Part shown: one piece after another, positions 51,797-51,860 of the stretch
Layout of the letters: each line of letters starts with the position of its first letter
How positions within the stretch are numbered: the stretch's first letter is position 1
Source: an uncultured Candidatus Saccharibacteria bacterium
GTDB lineage: Bacteria > Patescibacteriota > Minisyncoccia > Phycocordibacterales > UBA2100
Length of the DNA: 51,860 nt
Direction: 5' to 3'
Assembly (NCBI GenBank): GCA_964648335.1
Contig: CAZYLZ010000001.1
Span: 26,667-78,526, forward strand
The notes under the pieces: generated by a model
Seen by the model: the letters and a program-made list of their open reading frames with translations, nothing else
The model's database searches: none
What the model was told of the DNA's origin: nothing
Program-made: the position numbers and the translations under genes

Positions 51797-51860
51797 GTAT
51801 GAAGATGCTAGCACGAGGGCCTGGGAGGGTCAATAATCGGATGAAGAGCCGACTATAGCA

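Noticed and set aside
51797-51814. TGcTAGCAT extended -10-like sequence upstream of the secG ATG as another leaderless promoter
   Set aside because: The spacing to ATG 51796 is 8 nt, and the hexamer lies inside a possible GTG-initiated extension (51814). The case is ambiguous, so it was not counted among the leaderless examples.
1-51860. CRISPR arrays, tRNA/rRNA genes, alternative genetic code (UGA recoding)
   Set aside because: No regularly spaced direct repeats or cloverleaf-compatible segments were seen in any intergenic region. TGA terminates several well-defined genes (for example 5593-5595, 9365-9367, 10836-10838, 45084-45086), so the standard code applies.

Overview
51.9-kb chromosomal window that looks GC-rich by eye (not computed). 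Gene density is high: about 62 supportable CDS, mostly short transcription units bounded by clear rho-independent hairpins. I found no rRNA, tRNA, CRISPR array, transposase, integrase or prophage gene. TGA is used as an ordinary stop, so the standard bacterial code applies.

Recognisable content:
- Housekeeping and RNA metabolism: typA/bipA, RNase J, DEAD-box helicase, secG, msrA, nth, a MutY-like glycosylase, an AlkA-like glycosylase, malic enzyme, mtlD.
- NAD salvage: pnuC-nadR plus a convergent nucleoside 2-deoxyribosyltransferase.
- Envelope and redox: DsbA/DsbB pair, MscS, MFS transporter, ABC-2 exporter, family-5 solute-binding protein, GH18 hydrolase, matrixin protease.
- Regulation: HxlR with an FMN reductase, and an ECF sigma factor with a DUF5667-like anti-sigma factor.
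- Many small secreted, membrane or orphan proteins.

The mix of DUF5667 anti-sigma, Gmad2, DUF378, DUF4382, RNase J and many tiny orphan membrane proteins is reminiscent of a high-GC Patescibacteria/CPR-like lineage. That placement is inference only.

No canonical defence or mobile system is visible. The most notable signals are:
1. A recurrent -10 hexamer placed 5-7 nt before the start codon of at least 15 genes, which suggests pervasive leaderless transcription and also fixes the true starts.
2. Eukaryote-like N-terminal Arg/Gly (RGG) low-complexity extensions on both RNase J and the DEAD-box helicase.
3. Nth and MutY-like glycosylases that lack the four Cys ligands of the usual [4Fe-4S] loop.
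4. A lower-GC orphan islet at about 15.9-18.2 kb, with dense palindromes and direct repeats in its AT-rich divergent promoter region.
5. A cluster of four stem-loops after typA, and a roughly 200-nt structured leader before the DEAD-box gene.
6. Twin 17-19 bp palindromic operators that form the -35 elements of the divergent hxlR and FMN-reductase promoters.

All functional names come from motif recognition by eye. No database search was run.
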